A program made the position numbers and the translations under genes. Below are positions 12,764 to 25,324 of a stretch of DNA of 64,000 nucleotides, in pieces (the first letter of the stretch is position 1; the number at the start of each line of letters is the position of its first letter). The notes under the pieces were generated by a model. That model did not search any database, was not told where the DNA came from, and saw only the letters and a program-made list of their open reading frames with translations. The stretch covers positions 682,001 to 746,000 of the forward strand of contig JBDOQK010000006.1 in NCBI GenBank assembly GCA_040437565.1, read 5' to 3'. This stretch comes from Albugo candida. Taxonomy: Eukaryota.

Positions 12764-13631
12764 TTAAAATTCGACTGCTTTACCTTTCGAAGCGAAGTTG
12801 TCGTAATACTCGACCACTTTGTCCCAATTGGTCACGTTCCAAAATGCTGAGATGTACTCGGCACGACGATTTTGATGCTTCAAATAGTAAGCATGCTCCC
12901 AAACCTACAAGGCACACGAATGAGAACATCGCCACAGGGAGTCATTACGGAGGCTTACATCCAAACCAAGGATGGGAATCATTGGCTCATCGGTGTGAGG
13001 CATCAGAGGATTGTCTATAAAAACAAACACGTATCAATCGTCTCTGTTTGAAGAACACTTAGTGCGCATAAGTCACCTTGGTTGGGAGTTGAAGTAATCG
13101 CGAGCTTTCCTTCAGCATTAACGGCAAGCCATGCCCATCCTGAACCGAAACGTGTGGCAGCGGCCTGATTGAATTTCTCCACCATTGTATCAAATGAACC
13201 AAAATCCTGATCAATCTTCGACTTCAGAGCTCCATGAGGAGCAGTGTTTGTTGATCCTGGCGCCGCCATGCAAGTCCAAAATAAGCTGCAGGCAAAGTCA
13301 GAGTTGTTATCGATAAAAGGTAGCATAGTAGCGCGTACGAGTGATTGTAATGACCACCTCCATTATTCCGAACTGGAGCATCTGTCGCGCTTTTTACGAC
13401 TTCCAAAATTGACTTGTTTTGAAGTCCTGTTCCTTTATCCTACAGAGATAATGAGGCCGCCGACCTTTTTAATTGACAGATAAATAAGGTGCCCACGCTT
13501 TTGATGTAGGCGTTTATATTGTTGATATATGCTTGGTGATGCTTTGTGTGATGAATATTCATTGTCTCGGTGTCCACGAATGGTTCAAGAGCATTGTAAT
13601 CAAATGGGAGTTTGGGGAGGGAGAACGCCAT
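12764..13631 (-). CDS. Fe/Mn-family superoxide dismutase, Mn-type signature, multi-exon
   Basis: Exons encode [52 protein letters not shown] and [18 protein letters not shown]. Stop codon at 12764-12766. Confidence 0.95.
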
Positions 13632-14044
13632 GCTCAATGGATTCTTTTTTTTGGCTCTTTGTATTGGTCGAAAAATGCGGCGAGTGCACGAGATCGATCA
13701 TTTCACAGCTTCTACACAAGTCAATAGAAAGAGTATGGTACATAGCCCACGGGTCAAAGTGCAGCAATCGATGTGATGGCCCGTAAGGAACCAAATGAAT
13801 TCAGATGAGTACCATAAGGAGAAATGCTCGCGTTCGTCTTATGACAACGTTCCCTTACAGCCTTTTTGGTCTATGCTGGCCATTCAGTGTAGAACAAAGT
13901 GCTTCATACAAATTGTGTGTATCATCAATATTGCTTCTTGCAGCATCAATATGGTTCTATCTATGCCTGAGATCCCCAAAAGAGGCTTGACCCCCGTCAC
14001 TAAAATCTATATCATCACGCCAAGAATCCGCAAACGGTATCTTC

Positions 14045-15064
14045 TCATGCTTTTCCAGCAAAAACGTCCGCAAACTGATCTTCCGGGAGAACGCGATCTT
14101 TTTGGCGATCAATACGCTTGCTCTCAGCGACCTTTCTGCCAACATAGCGAGATCGTTTGACGGCTTTTGCGTCCCGCCGAGTCTATTAGATACAAAATTT
14201 AGTCTTGAACTCAATTGATGGTTTTTGTGTGTGATACCTCATTTGGAGAAGTGTAGTGTCCATTCTGGTAGATGGTCTGACCTCCGAAACTTCCATCAAA
14301 GATCCGGATCGGCGTTAAAACAAATCGTGGTCCAATTTCGATGAGCTGGAGCAAGTCATCGCCTCGATGGAGTGCAGCTTTTTCAAGTTTCTGTGTCTCT
14401 GCTTCATCTACAATCTGATAATTCCGACACCATATTTTGTCATCAGCGTAATAGAAACTCATAACGCGGTCGATGAAGGGTTTGCTTTTAGGATGTCTGT
14501 TTGGAGTACCCCACACTTGAATGAACATTTTCTTGATAACGCGGAGATGAAGATGTTGGTCAAATGATTTATCAAATGTTAATAAGGGCCGTGATCCCAT
14601 CAGCGCGTTTCCTGTCAGCTTCAGCTCCTCCATTGTGTGTACATTCTGAACAAGAAATTTGATAGATGGACCGATAGAGACTCGACTCATCCACATATAC
14701 AAATCCTGTCGCTTCCTAGCTTCCAGAAACACAGTCGTGTTGCATCCTTTTGTCTCCGCAATCTCGTTGACGACGTGCAATTTATCTTTAGCGTCCAACT
14801 ACAGAGAGAAAGAATGATTAGCTTCGAGTAGAAACAATTCTCGTAAACAACCTTGACATCTTTTTTGTGATGCGGTAAAAGCTTTCGAATGTCGTCCATC
14901 AAATGGCGATAACGCGTCGTAATCCCACGCGAGGAAAACACCAGTACGCGTTGTTTATTGATATACTTGTTGGCAGACGATGCACTATCTGCATCTTTCT
15001 TTTCTCTCTTCCTAAGTACCTCTGCGTCGTTCTCATTTTCGCGGTGATATCGCTTCAGCGCCAT
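14045..15064 (-). CDS. BRX1: Ribosome biogenesis protein BRX1 (Brix domain), 3 exons
   Basis: NKQRVLVFSSRGITTRYRHLM.D...LLPH.KKDVK, GPSIKFLVQNVHTMEELKLTGN..GSRPLL.FD, HPKSKPFIDRV and EIGPRFVL. The last exon ends ...ADVFAGKA*. Confidence 0.95.
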
Positions 15065-15215
15065 TGTTTTTATTGGTCGCAAAGAACTTTAAGTTTGTAT
15101 TAAGCAAAATCCCTCNNNNNNNNNNNNNNNNNNNNNNNNNNNNNNNNNNNNNNNNNNNNNNNNNNNNNNNNNNNNNNNNNNNNNNNNNNNNNNNNNNNNN
15201 NNNNNNNNNNNNNNN

Positions 15216-16931
15216 CACTGACAAGTCGCCAAAAAGCGTCGTGCTCTTGTCCATGAAACACGTAATCACAACGATGGGGGAACGATTCGAATCGCTGTAG
15301 TAGTAACTTTGCTTCCTCTACTGCCTGAATTTGCTCACTGCTAACACCTGATCCACACCATAAACACATATAATCTGCTGACGAGATGACAAAGCTTGAG
15401 AGCATATTTTGTTTTGTGGGCGAAAAAAAATGTTTTTGTGTCATGAAATTGAGAGGACCCACAATCATCGGATACTTTCGCATCGATTTTCTGTTCGTCA
15501 CTGGCTCCTCTTTCTGATTGTAAGAAGATGTGTGTACCTCATTCAAAATGTCCAAACCATTCTCACCGGATCCGTGGTGTTGACCAAAATTATCCAAAAT
15601 TGTATCTTCTATATATACGTCAATACGAAAGACTAAAGGCTGTGCTGTAAATTGGATAGTGCCTTGCAGATGAAGTTGCTCCCATTCGGTTAATTGGAAA
15701 ATAAAACCAGCATTTGGATCAACAACTGGACGAGCATGACGCACAAATTCAAGCGCTTGATAAACCCCCATTCGCTTGGACCACATTATATATGCAATTG
15801 CTAACGTTGGAGACCGTGATATCCCTTTTACGCAATGGACGAAAATCTTTCCGCCGCTAGCACGTGCACTCTCGATAAAATTGAAAATCGAATAAAAATG
15901 CCGGCCGATTTCTTGAGACGAGTGATCTCGAAGACGTAAATTATAATATATAAAGTCATCAGTGAAATAGGCCGGAACAACACAGGCAGCGCAGTTGATC
16001 ACATGTGTGATTCCCAATGTTGATAACGAGTCGAAATCTTTTGCTGCAGTAGACCCCCCGATGTAGAGGAATTCTGTAATCCTGGAGCATATTCCAGCAT
16101 GATCTTGTCGCCTCAATGCGGCCTCATTCTCGTCAAAAATGACCGCTTTATCCACTTGTGAGAGGTTGAGCGATAGTTTACCAGGATTTCGCATGCGTCG
16201 TATCGGTTGCAAGGATCTTCTGTGTATCGCAATTCTAGATTGTGAGCCTTCAGGCATCCTTGAAGATCTAAGTTTCAGGTCAATGGATAATCTCTTCTTT
16301 GAAGAAGTTGCTGTCGAATGAAAGCAATCAGAGGTGTTTGTAATGAAAATATTCGAATTCTGGCTTTGATCCATTTGAGACTGATGTTGTAACTTTTCTT
16401 GACTCAAAGTGTGCCCAAACAGGTTCGGCTGTGCTGGTGAGCACTCTGACGTGTGCATCAAATCATCTTCGAGACACAGTATGTGAGGTGATATCTTAAA
16501 CATAATAAAATTCGAATATTTTCTAACCTTTTCGATTCTCTTCTGTGTACTGCGTCGAATTTTTCCGCATTTCTGCTTGTTGGCTTCTTTGTGCGGCTAC
16601 AAGTTCCGTGACAGGTGAAAATACGCTTTTTTTGCCAACAGAATGGAAAGGTGCCACTGCCGGAACAGCAAATGTCTGACTTCTGAAAGTAGCAAAAAAA
16701 ATCCATTTTTGTCCAAATCCTCATGTGCTTTAGCGAAGGACTGACTTACATTTTTGCGTCAGAAAAACTACGCCGTAGAGGTATTTCTCGTTTTTGTATT
16801 TTAATCGTTGAATCCGTTTGTAATGCTACGCGAGGTGTTACTGGAAAGTTATCCAATTTTCTTTTTGTGTTCATTGTATCCCCCGGTGATGAATTGAAAG
16901 ATGTTAGGCGTGATTCCATCTCGCACTCCAT
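15216..16931 (-). CDS. Dual-specificity (MAPK-type) phosphatase with C-terminal gelsolin-like segment; 3' end runs into a gap
   Basis: DSP catalytic motif VHCVKGISRS, plus ITEFLYIG and PNAGFIFQL. The C-terminal FVISSADYMCLWCG...HGQEHDAFW resembles a gelsolin repeat. Two short upstream exons from ATG 16931 have GT-AG boundaries. Confidence 0.85.
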
Positions 16932-17083
16932 AATAAGTAGCTAAATGGGAGTTTGAACGCTTAAGAATTCTTTGTTGATGAAGGAGTTTCAGCGCACATC
17001 ACTTAATTAGAAATCGAATTCGACTCGCAAACTGTCGCTCTCTCAAATGTAACGGCAAAAGAATCTTTCGAATACGAAAATGG

Positions 17084-19416
17084 CTAGTGAGTCAAGGTCA
17101 CTCTGCGCTTGTACTCGTCCACTGATAAAAGACACAATTCTACGCTGTCCCTTGCTTCTTGAATGTTCCGAATCACTTCTTCCATTCCTAACTTGTGCAC
17201 CGGTACACCGTTCACAGCGATCAGAACGTCACCAACATTGATTGTTCTACATTGCGCTGCTTGACTGTCCGGTACAAGTGAATGGACAACGACAACTCTG
17301 AGTTCCGCGTTGCATATAAATTGGATTCCAAGTTCGCGATTGGCATCCAGGACGGCCGTGCAAGCAGTCAGCAGAGATCGGATGTACTCGAGCGCAATCT
17401 CCAAACACGACACAAAGTACGCGTCTTCTCCAAAAGGTGACCCCAGTCCAACTTTCGTTATCAAATCTTTCAAAAGAAGGGCATTTTCAATGCTAGAATG
17501 AATGAGAATGTAAATAAAGGCTGGAATAAAATCATCTGCGCTCATCGGTGCATTGTTCTGATGTTCTTCATTATATATCGCGTATATTTCATGACAAGCG
17601 TGAATCAGATTTTTCTTCTTCAAATAGGGCAATTCCACCGAGTCGACCAGCTTCAATTTTGAACAGGCCCCACTCCAATTGCTGGAAGAGATATTGTTGG
17701 CCGTCAGACCAAAAAAGAATTGTGATTTTGAACGCAATATTTCCATCTTACGACCGATAATCTTTGCTTCGAAGGAGGACAGCATGTTAAATTGATCTAC
17801 AATCATCCGATAAAAAGGATGCAGTATTCTTTCTTCAATCTGCCCGTGGATTATTGCGATAATGTGATCACTGAACGCAGCAGCCGAAGCTGAATTCAAA
17901 TATCTGCTTGATTCTTGATTAATTGAGGCATTGGGATTGCCACCGAGCATCGCAAGTTCGTTCATGCGTGTAAATGTCATATAATCCGCAAGTTCGACCA
18001 TAAATTGCCGAAGCGCTTTCAAGTCACAGTTTTTTGCATTGTGCGATCGAGAAAATTGTTTCAAAAACGCTGCAGTGGTCGATCCTTCCGGTGAATAAGG
18101 TGACGCTAAAATGAGCATAACCTCTCTTGATACATCCATCAACGCATCTTCAGATTTGAAATTAAAAGAAGCTGTACATCGACGACAAGCCGGCTTATTC
18201 TTACTGATCCGATCGACGTCTATATGCATGCAGGAGCAAGATCGCTCCAAATCAGCTACTAGTGTTTCTAGCAAGGGAATGCATTGCCCTTTATTTGTTC
18301 GCTTATTGTCTCCACTCGCCACTGAACTCAGATGCGCAACCCAAAGCGCACGCTCTTCTTCACTATCAGCGAACAAAATCAAGTTTCGACTGGATGTACT
18401 CGCGAGAAAACTGTGTCGTTCCCCCGTTTTGAGTGCATCTAGGTTCATGATTCGCGCATTCCCAATCTCTAGATCTCCTTTCTTGTTCTTTTTTTCCGGA
18501 TCGGAGAAGTAGGAAAGCGTGCTGCATGTAAGCTCAAACCACCTTCGTTTAATGGATTTCACAACGTTTCCTCGTTTTCGTAGCCACCCCGAGTATAAAA
18601 TCACCTCAGTACCATTTTCGGATTGTTTGATGTCTAATTTTCGCCCGATATGATGCGCGCCAGGCTCTAGGACCCTTACTTTTTTACAAGCAGTCAGCTG
18701 TCCTATCCAAACATCTCTATCGTGTGCATCCAACGCGTACAAAACCATCTCGTAAGAATTTTGGAACAAACGAAAACCACTGTGTACCATTGCCTGAACA
18801 AACGTTTGTTTATTCAAATCCATTCGCCCTCGAACATCGGATGAGTCGTGAGCATCATGATATACTAATTCTTTATCATCAACAATAAAAAATAGACGGC
18901 GTTTGTAATTACGAATGCTATGCCCTCTTTTGATTAGCCATCCCGAATGTCGAATCGATGGTTTGTATTTCAATATCCAGTCCTCTCTTTGACTTTTACT
19001 GTGATCTTCTGCATCCTCCTTCCGTGGACTTGTCTGTGTCAAAGTTTTGACTGCTTTCAATTTCCATGAATCCAACTGCCTAAATAAGTGAGGATCAAGG
19101 AGAGTTTCAAAAAAATCGATGAAATCTACGCGTACAATTGACTCGGTCGAGTGACAAGAAGAACGTTTTGTACATTCGATGGGGCACTGAATCCTCCATC
19201 GTCATTGTGTGTGGATTTAGTGAGACTATTGTATTCTGATTGTTGTACTATGTCTCTCTCAGAGCAGCGTTTCTCTGCCAAATCGGAAAATTGAATGGCA
19301 TCACTTCTAAAGCAGGACTCAACTACAATCGATTCGCTCAGTTTGGGTATTTGGTGTATCTCTATAGAGTTGTCTGTAAAATATCTCGACGGATGATTGC
19401 TGTCTTCTTCCTTCAT
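17084..19416 (-). CDS. PH-PH-VPS9-PDZ protein (putative Rab5-family GEF)
   Basis: Two PH domains (HSGWLIKRG...RDVW; YSGWLRKRG...RALW), the VPS9 motif SADDFIPAFIYILI...GEDAYFVSCL, and a C-terminal PDZ domain (LGIQF...INVGDVLIAVNG). Intron 19080-19135 joins the ATG-19416 exon in frame. Confidence 0.85.
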
Positions 19417-19651
19417 TCTGATTTGCCGACCTTCAGATATATCAAAATAGCATTATGGTAACGATGACTCAGTAGAAGGTTTTGTCTGATCAAAGGCTTA
19501 GTAGTCTCTATCAAGGCGCTGATTGATTCATTTAGGAACAGTATACGTGTATGTACATAACACTCAGAATTCATAGTTAAGTAACATGCGATTCCTGATG
19601 GAAGGCATGTCTCATGCAACTCTTTTGCCTTAAGATAATTGAGATGCATCT

Positions 19652-20698
19652 CTAGTTGCGCTTCTTCTTGTTTTTCTTCTTCTTCGCCTTTTGAGAAAGT
19701 GGTGCTGACTCGTTTGAATCTGGCTCTTGTGAGGCTGGCGGTGATTCTGTCTTCTGATACTGAATGTCATCCTGAATTATGGGCATGAGATCATCTTTCT
19801 CATCGCATAGTGTATGATCGTCTTTGGTAGCAGACGAGTCGAGCGGTTCTATGATTCCGTCCGTGTTGTTGAGAGGAGTAAATCCTTTTGATATTGTACC
19901 AGCCTCTGCAGCTTGAGCTCTTGGATTCAATTCTTGGAACGTATATGAATCTTCCGCTGCATCTATTTCGGCATCGTGATCTTCCTCACCTTGCTTTATT
20001 ATGAAAAAGTCATTCATCGATTTTGTCATTTCAACCTGTTCGTAATCTCGCCAGGTTTCTTTTGGAAGAGCATCAAACGAAAGCAAGTTTTCTTGAACAA
20101 ATTCTAAAGCGACCTCTTGCGCGGTGGTATTTAGTAACATCGCATCCTCCGGTAACTTTTCATTTCTTTGCGGTTGCAGACGTTTTTCTTCAATCGAAAT
20201 CGATTGCGTTCCTATCGCGACATTCGGCGGCAGCGCAGGGATTTCAGTTCGCGTTACCGGAACGGGGCAAGCGGTAGAGCTTTGCGCTTTTCCTTCGAGT
20301 AAATTGAATGCATTTTCAATAACATCGCCCTTTTTGCTGCTCCTTTCACGTACGCGATCCTTTTTCGATGCAGTCGAGAGGCCCGATAAGTAAAGGTATC
20401 CCGCAGCTGCACATACACTNNNNNNNNNNNNNNNNNNNNNNNNNNNNNNNNNNNNNNNNNNNNNNNNNNNNNNNNNNNNNNNNNNNNNNNNNNNNNNNNN
20501 NNNNNNNNNNNNNNNNNNNAATGCATTTTCAATAACATCGCCCTTTTTGCTGCTCCTTTCACGTACGCGATCCTTTTTCGATGCAGTCGAGAGGCCCGAT
20601 AAGTAAAGGTATCCCGCAGCTGCACATACACTCACAATACCCGTCAGTGCCACAACTGCACTCAACGCCGAAGATCTTCCGTTTGCATTAGTGCCCAT
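19652..20698 (-). CDS. Hypothetical protein with N-terminal membrane anchor and Lys-rich C-terminus
   Basis: ORF with the hydrophobic stretch ALSAVVALTGIVSVCAAAGYLYL. The internal repeat around the N gap is an assembly overlap. Confidence 0.6.
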   Translation of the reverse strand: MGTNANGRSSALSAVVALTGIVSVCAAAGYLYLSGLSTASKKDRVRERSSKKGDVIENAXXXXXXXXXXXXXXXXXXXXXXXXXXXXXXXXXXSVCAAAGYLYLSGLSTASKKDRVRERSSKKGDVIENAFNLLEGKAQSSTACPVPVTRTEIPALPPNVAIGTQSISIEEKRLQPQRNEKLPEDAMLLNTTAQEVALEFVQENLLSFDALPKETWRDYEQVEMTKSMNDFFIIKQGEEDHDAEIDAAEDSYTFQELNPRAQAAEAGTISKGFTPLNNTDGIIEPLDSSATKDDHTLCDEKDDLMPIIQDDIQYQKTESPPASQEPDSNESAPLSQKAKKKKNKKKRN

Positions 20699-20898
20699 TT
20701 TGTCTTTCAAGATGTTGATAGTTTATCAAAGTGCATAGACTTATGCAGACTGTACCAAAGGTCACTTCCTAGGAGTATTTGATAGATTTTGAATGGTAAC
20801 AAAAATGTAAAAAATCATGTTAATGCGATCATCACCATAGTAAAAGTTAAGCATGTGGCTCAAACACATACTTTCTATTTCCTCTCAGTGGAAATGCA

Positions 20899-21564
20899 TC
20901 ATTCTAGTAATCCGCAATCACCGATTGTTATTTTTGATAGAGGTCGTCCTCGTATGCAGTAAACGGACTCCAACGCTTTCAGGTTATCCAATCCCTCGAT
21001 AATTTTACCAAACGCTACGTTGCGTCCATTGAGATGTGGTAATGGCTTTAATGTAACGAAAAACTGTGAGGCGTTTCTGTTCACACCACCGTTTGCCATT
21101 CCAACAACTCCTCTTTCCGAGAACTGGAGTGCAAAGTTCTCGTCTGGAAAAAATCGATCTCCTTTAACTAGGGCGGCGTGGCCACCCGTTCCATTTCCAT
21201 TCAAGATATCACCAGCGACCACATAAACCCCTTTGGTCACGTTGTGGATATTTGTTCTTTTGTATGAGCCAAGCGGTGAATCCGTACACAAGTTTATGAA
21301 ATTTTTTGCAGTCTTTGGTACGACATCTGTCGCAAGCTCTATCACGATACGCCGAAGCTCAGACTCCCCTATGCTTATATCCAAGTATGCTCGTGGGCGA
21401 GGTAAACGTGGAGACGGAACGGCAGCATCGTACTTTATTGATTTTTCTTGTGACTTGGTTTCAATTTTTTTCAAGGCCCGATGATACCATCCCCAGCCTC
21501 GTGCACCACCTCGTAACGAGGAGATTGTTGGACGGATGAGCTCATTCCGGATAAATCCTGTCAT
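20899..21564 (-). CDS. Cyclophilin-family protein with possible mitochondrial presequence and degenerate active site
   Basis: PRAYLDISIG, VPKTAKNFINLCT, FPDENF, GMANGG..NASQFFVT and VAFGKIIEG motifs. The N-terminal extension is Arg-rich and poor in acidic residues. Confidence 0.9.
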   Translation of the reverse strand: MTGFIRNELIRPTISSLRGGARGWGWYHRALKKIETKSQEKSIKYDAAVPSPRLPRPRAYLDISIGESELRRIVIELATDVVPKTAKNFINLCTDSPLGSYKRTNIHNVTKGVYVVAGDILNGNGTGGHAALVKGDRFFPDENFALQFSERGVVGMANGGVNRNASQFFVTLKPLPHLNGRNVAFGKIIEGLDNLKALESVYCIRGRPLSKITIGDCGLLE

Positions 21565-21822
21565 TTTTAATGAAGTTGGTGTGGACTAATACTAAAACTA
21601 GGCTTCCGCACCAATGCACGGGATTGGACAGTATTCACAATATTTATTTTCAAGTTCTTCCGGTATTCAGAGCCCATGCTTGAGAGTTAGTAGTTCAGTG
21701 TTTCCTAATCGAAAAATAAAAGTGAGATTTCACCAATGCAAACCTCCTGACTTGTGGTTGGTAAAATGTATTCGGTGGTTATAAATACATTTGTATTGTC
21801 AAATGAGGGCTTATCTATGGAA

Positions 21823-21893
21823 GCGCCGTTGGTTTAGTGGTAAAATATCTCGTTGCCATCGAGATGCCCCGGGTTCGATTCCCGGACGGCGCA
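21823..21893 (+). tRNA. tRNA-Gly (GCC)
   Basis: GCGCCGT/ACGGCGC acceptor stem, TGGTTTAGTGG A box, anticodon arm TCTCG-TTGCCAT-CGAGA, GGTTCGATTCC B box, and a TTTTT Pol III terminator directly downstream. Confidence 0.97.
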
Positions 21894-24800
21894 TTTTTGC
21901 ACAACACGTGAGAGCATCATCTAACGCAAGATTCCATCTTTACTCGTCGGCATCATCGTCTTAGTTGATTTTATCTTCCGAGACTACTTATAAACATCAA
22001 ATTCGATTTGTGCACACTGAGGCCGAATCAGAGCAAAAATCCCTGAGATCCGTCAGTGGGAGCAGACTGATAAAAGGGACCCCTAACAATTCATTAGATT
22101 TTGTCAACTCTGTGTGCCATCTTGGACACAATCGACGCATCAAGTTAATTAATTGTGATGTGAATAGATGTCGGTAACCGCCATATTCCGAGTAACACAA
22201 TCAGAGAGTAATAGAGCGATTTAATGTTTTTTTGCCATATANNNNNNNNNNNNNNNNNNNNNNNNNNNNNNNNNNNNNNNNNNNNNNNNNNNNNNNNNNN
22301 NNNNNNNNNNNNNNNNNNNNNNNNNNNNNNNNNNNNNNNNNCGCTCCATGACATACTTTGTGCAAGGTGACACATATGGCAATCAGTGCCTAAAAATGGT
22401 ATGATATCAAAAACAAGCGTCAACTGACATTCAACGAAAAAATTATGCCTAGCCGAAATCAAGAAGTATTCTTGCTGAGTATACATTTCGTCGGAAACCA
22501 TTCATCTTTATCATCAGGTGCCGTGCACATCAACATCAGCTCGAAGAAAGCGAGGGAGTGTGTTGCTCGTGTCGTCTGATTCACACGAATGTGTTGTTGC
22601 ATATTTATCGTTCACCGCTGGGTACACTTTGCCTCAGCGAGTGGAAGAAAAGATCCATGGAAGCAAGGAACTTATTCAAATCTAGCTGGCGCTATTTTGT
22701 GACTATACTGATAATACCTGATACCAGATTTGAGGGTGCTCAGGCGCATGTCGTCTGAGGCCAAATTTGATGCATCCAGGAGCTTTGATGACACATGCAG
22801 CTTCTCCGAATTTACTTGGGGAGCCTAGCATACTCCAAATTAAACGTTTAAAGAAAATTGTTGTTCTTGTGACGACAATACAGTTTCTACTCGTTCGCTC
22901 GCGAAGCTGTTTACCAAGTGAGTTAGCATGACACGACATCGTGGGGACGTTGATTTCGAACATAAATCGCCGCTACTACCAGTAAAAGGTTTGCATTCTG
23001 TGGTATCGCAAAAGCTCAAGTAAGTTCTCTTCCTGTAAGTCTCGCGGTATAATTAGAGCGTATGGTTTCTATTCAGCTCTCAGCTAACATGATCCTTCGA
23101 GTGCGCTTCCTAATATGCATATCGAACCAGTTTGATTTCGGCTCTTTGTTTGTTGGGAAATATACAATGCGGCAAATTGCTTTACAGAGGAGACAATGAC
23201 CCCAATTCGTAGATTTTGCGAACTACCTTGTAGTGTCTGGCACAGTCTCCGATTTCGATACGCCCTACTAACAACTTGAAGAATCTCCTTTGCTTTGCAC
23301 AACTCCTCCAACATTGATCATATATCCTCCTTTTCATCATGGACTGATGCCATCGGACTATGTTTGTGCGCTAATGATCCACGGGTCAGGGAAAGAGCTA
23401 TTCGTTTTAAAATGAATTCATTTTCGAGTTGCCCCAACATTGCATATTCATTATGATTATCCCTAGCCGAGACTGCTGCGATACATTCAATGTCACTGGT
23501 GGGACGGCAACAGGTCAGTAGCTGGAGAGAATGCAAAAAGATTGAAGATTTTCAGTACTGAATAATTCCATGATCCATGACCAAAAGTGATTCCCTTCAC
23601 CATCGATTGTCATCACCAAACATACCACTCACTGAAGAAGCTCCGTCTTATAGAACGTAATCAGTACAAATAGAGTTGAGAATAGCCATGCGGTCATGAC
23701 TACTGCATTTAGATAGGGCAGACACGTACGTTTCTTGTCACACACGCATCATCATGACAGGTATATAGCCAGGATATTCAACTAGCTGCGCTTCCGACGA
23801 TACTACAACAGGCACACGGTTGATACAACTAACGCGCTCTGAGTTGACCAAACNNNNNNNNNNNNNNNNNNNNNNNNNNNNNNNNNNNNNNNNNNNNNNN
23901 NNNNNNNNNNNNNNNNNNNNNNNNNNNNNNNNNNNNNNNNNNNNNNNNNNNNNAGAATAGCCATGCGGTCATGACTACTGCATTTAGATAGGGCAGACAC
24001 GTACGTTTCTTGTCACACACGCATCATCATGACAGGTATATAGCCAGGATATTCAACTAGCTGCGCTTCCGACGATACTACAACAGGCACACGGTTGATA
24101 CAACTAACGCGCTCTGAGTTGACCAAACAATCAATTCGAGAACTGCGTAGCAGCCTAGAGTGGAGTATTTGTCATTTGAATTCAAGCTAGTAATAAGACA
24201 ACTGTGTGCATCACGGTCTGTGTACAGTACCGAGAAATGGAGTCGCTGAAGCAGTCCAAAATCAGCAGACGGATACGCCTGTGAAATCACGGCTCAAGTA
24301 CAAACTCTATAAGCGAAGCTTAGCATATATCCATGATTCCACTTCGACTTGCAAGCATACCGCAATGTATATACAGATGAGCTCCGGATTGTCAACTTTG
24401 CAATGACTCTTTGACAAAACAAATACAGTTTATCGCCATTAGCGCTTTCGAATAGCTGCGAGGGAAGAAAAGCTTCTAGTAGATAATAATTCATTTCGCA
24501 AGTTGTCAATTTGATTGGGATGATGAGCAAGTGATGCCCAACAATATGCAAATCATTGCAGTCTTTGTATTCGGTCCTCTTGATGTTTGATTCGACATTA
24601 TTACTACAATGCATCTTAAGTGTTCTCGCATTCCGACTACCGGATCAAGCTGCCCATTCACTGGTACCACGATGTACCCATGAGAACAAAACTGCCTGTA
24701 GGTACTCTTGCTACGGTGATCACGGTGCTCACTCAATATGGCGTAATTTTCCCGTCGATGGAGATTATTTCTTCAGTAATATGTACGCCAAGATCGTGAC

Positions 24801-25324
24801 ACCAGAAGGGGAGGTACACATTCCGCCACATCAGCGTAAAACATACGTTGTCCTCTCGTAGTGCGTATCCTTGAGATCTATTAGCCAAAGACGAAGAAGG
24901 GTACTTAAATAGAGGACACGTATAACCAGTACCTCTATTCAACAAATGTGTCACAAGGACTCTTATGAACATGCTTGTAACGGCGTAGAAGAAGGTTTTG
25001 TATGTGTCAAAGTTCCCGTAAAGTCATGCAAATGACTCAACAGCCGAACCCGTCTTACTGATACCAGCCAATATTGTTTTCTGGAATAGTAAAGGCGAGG
25101 AAAAAGCTAGTCACGCTAATGGCTTTTTGATTTGTAATTTGCTGACACGTATGGAGTTATATGTAAACTGCGTCCTGGGGCCCTGGATACCGTCATGGAG
25201 GTGTGGGTGAACTTCCTCCCCTAATTCAAGATGATGTGCGCAATGCATTCACAAACTTGGATCACCAGCAGCCATAACTTCCCACTTTGCAAATTTTCGA
25301 TCGATCAAGAGCCCAGCATCTACA

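Noticed and set aside
20299-20631. Internal repeat in the 19652-20698 ORF
   Set aside because: Gap-flanking overlap artefact.
22342-22501. CHMC peptide resembling the Albugo CHxC effector motif
   Set aside because: There is no signal peptide, the ORF is short and broken by a gap, and the motif could arise by chance.
23680-24128. About 175-bp direct repeat
   Set aside because: Gap-flanking overlap artefact.
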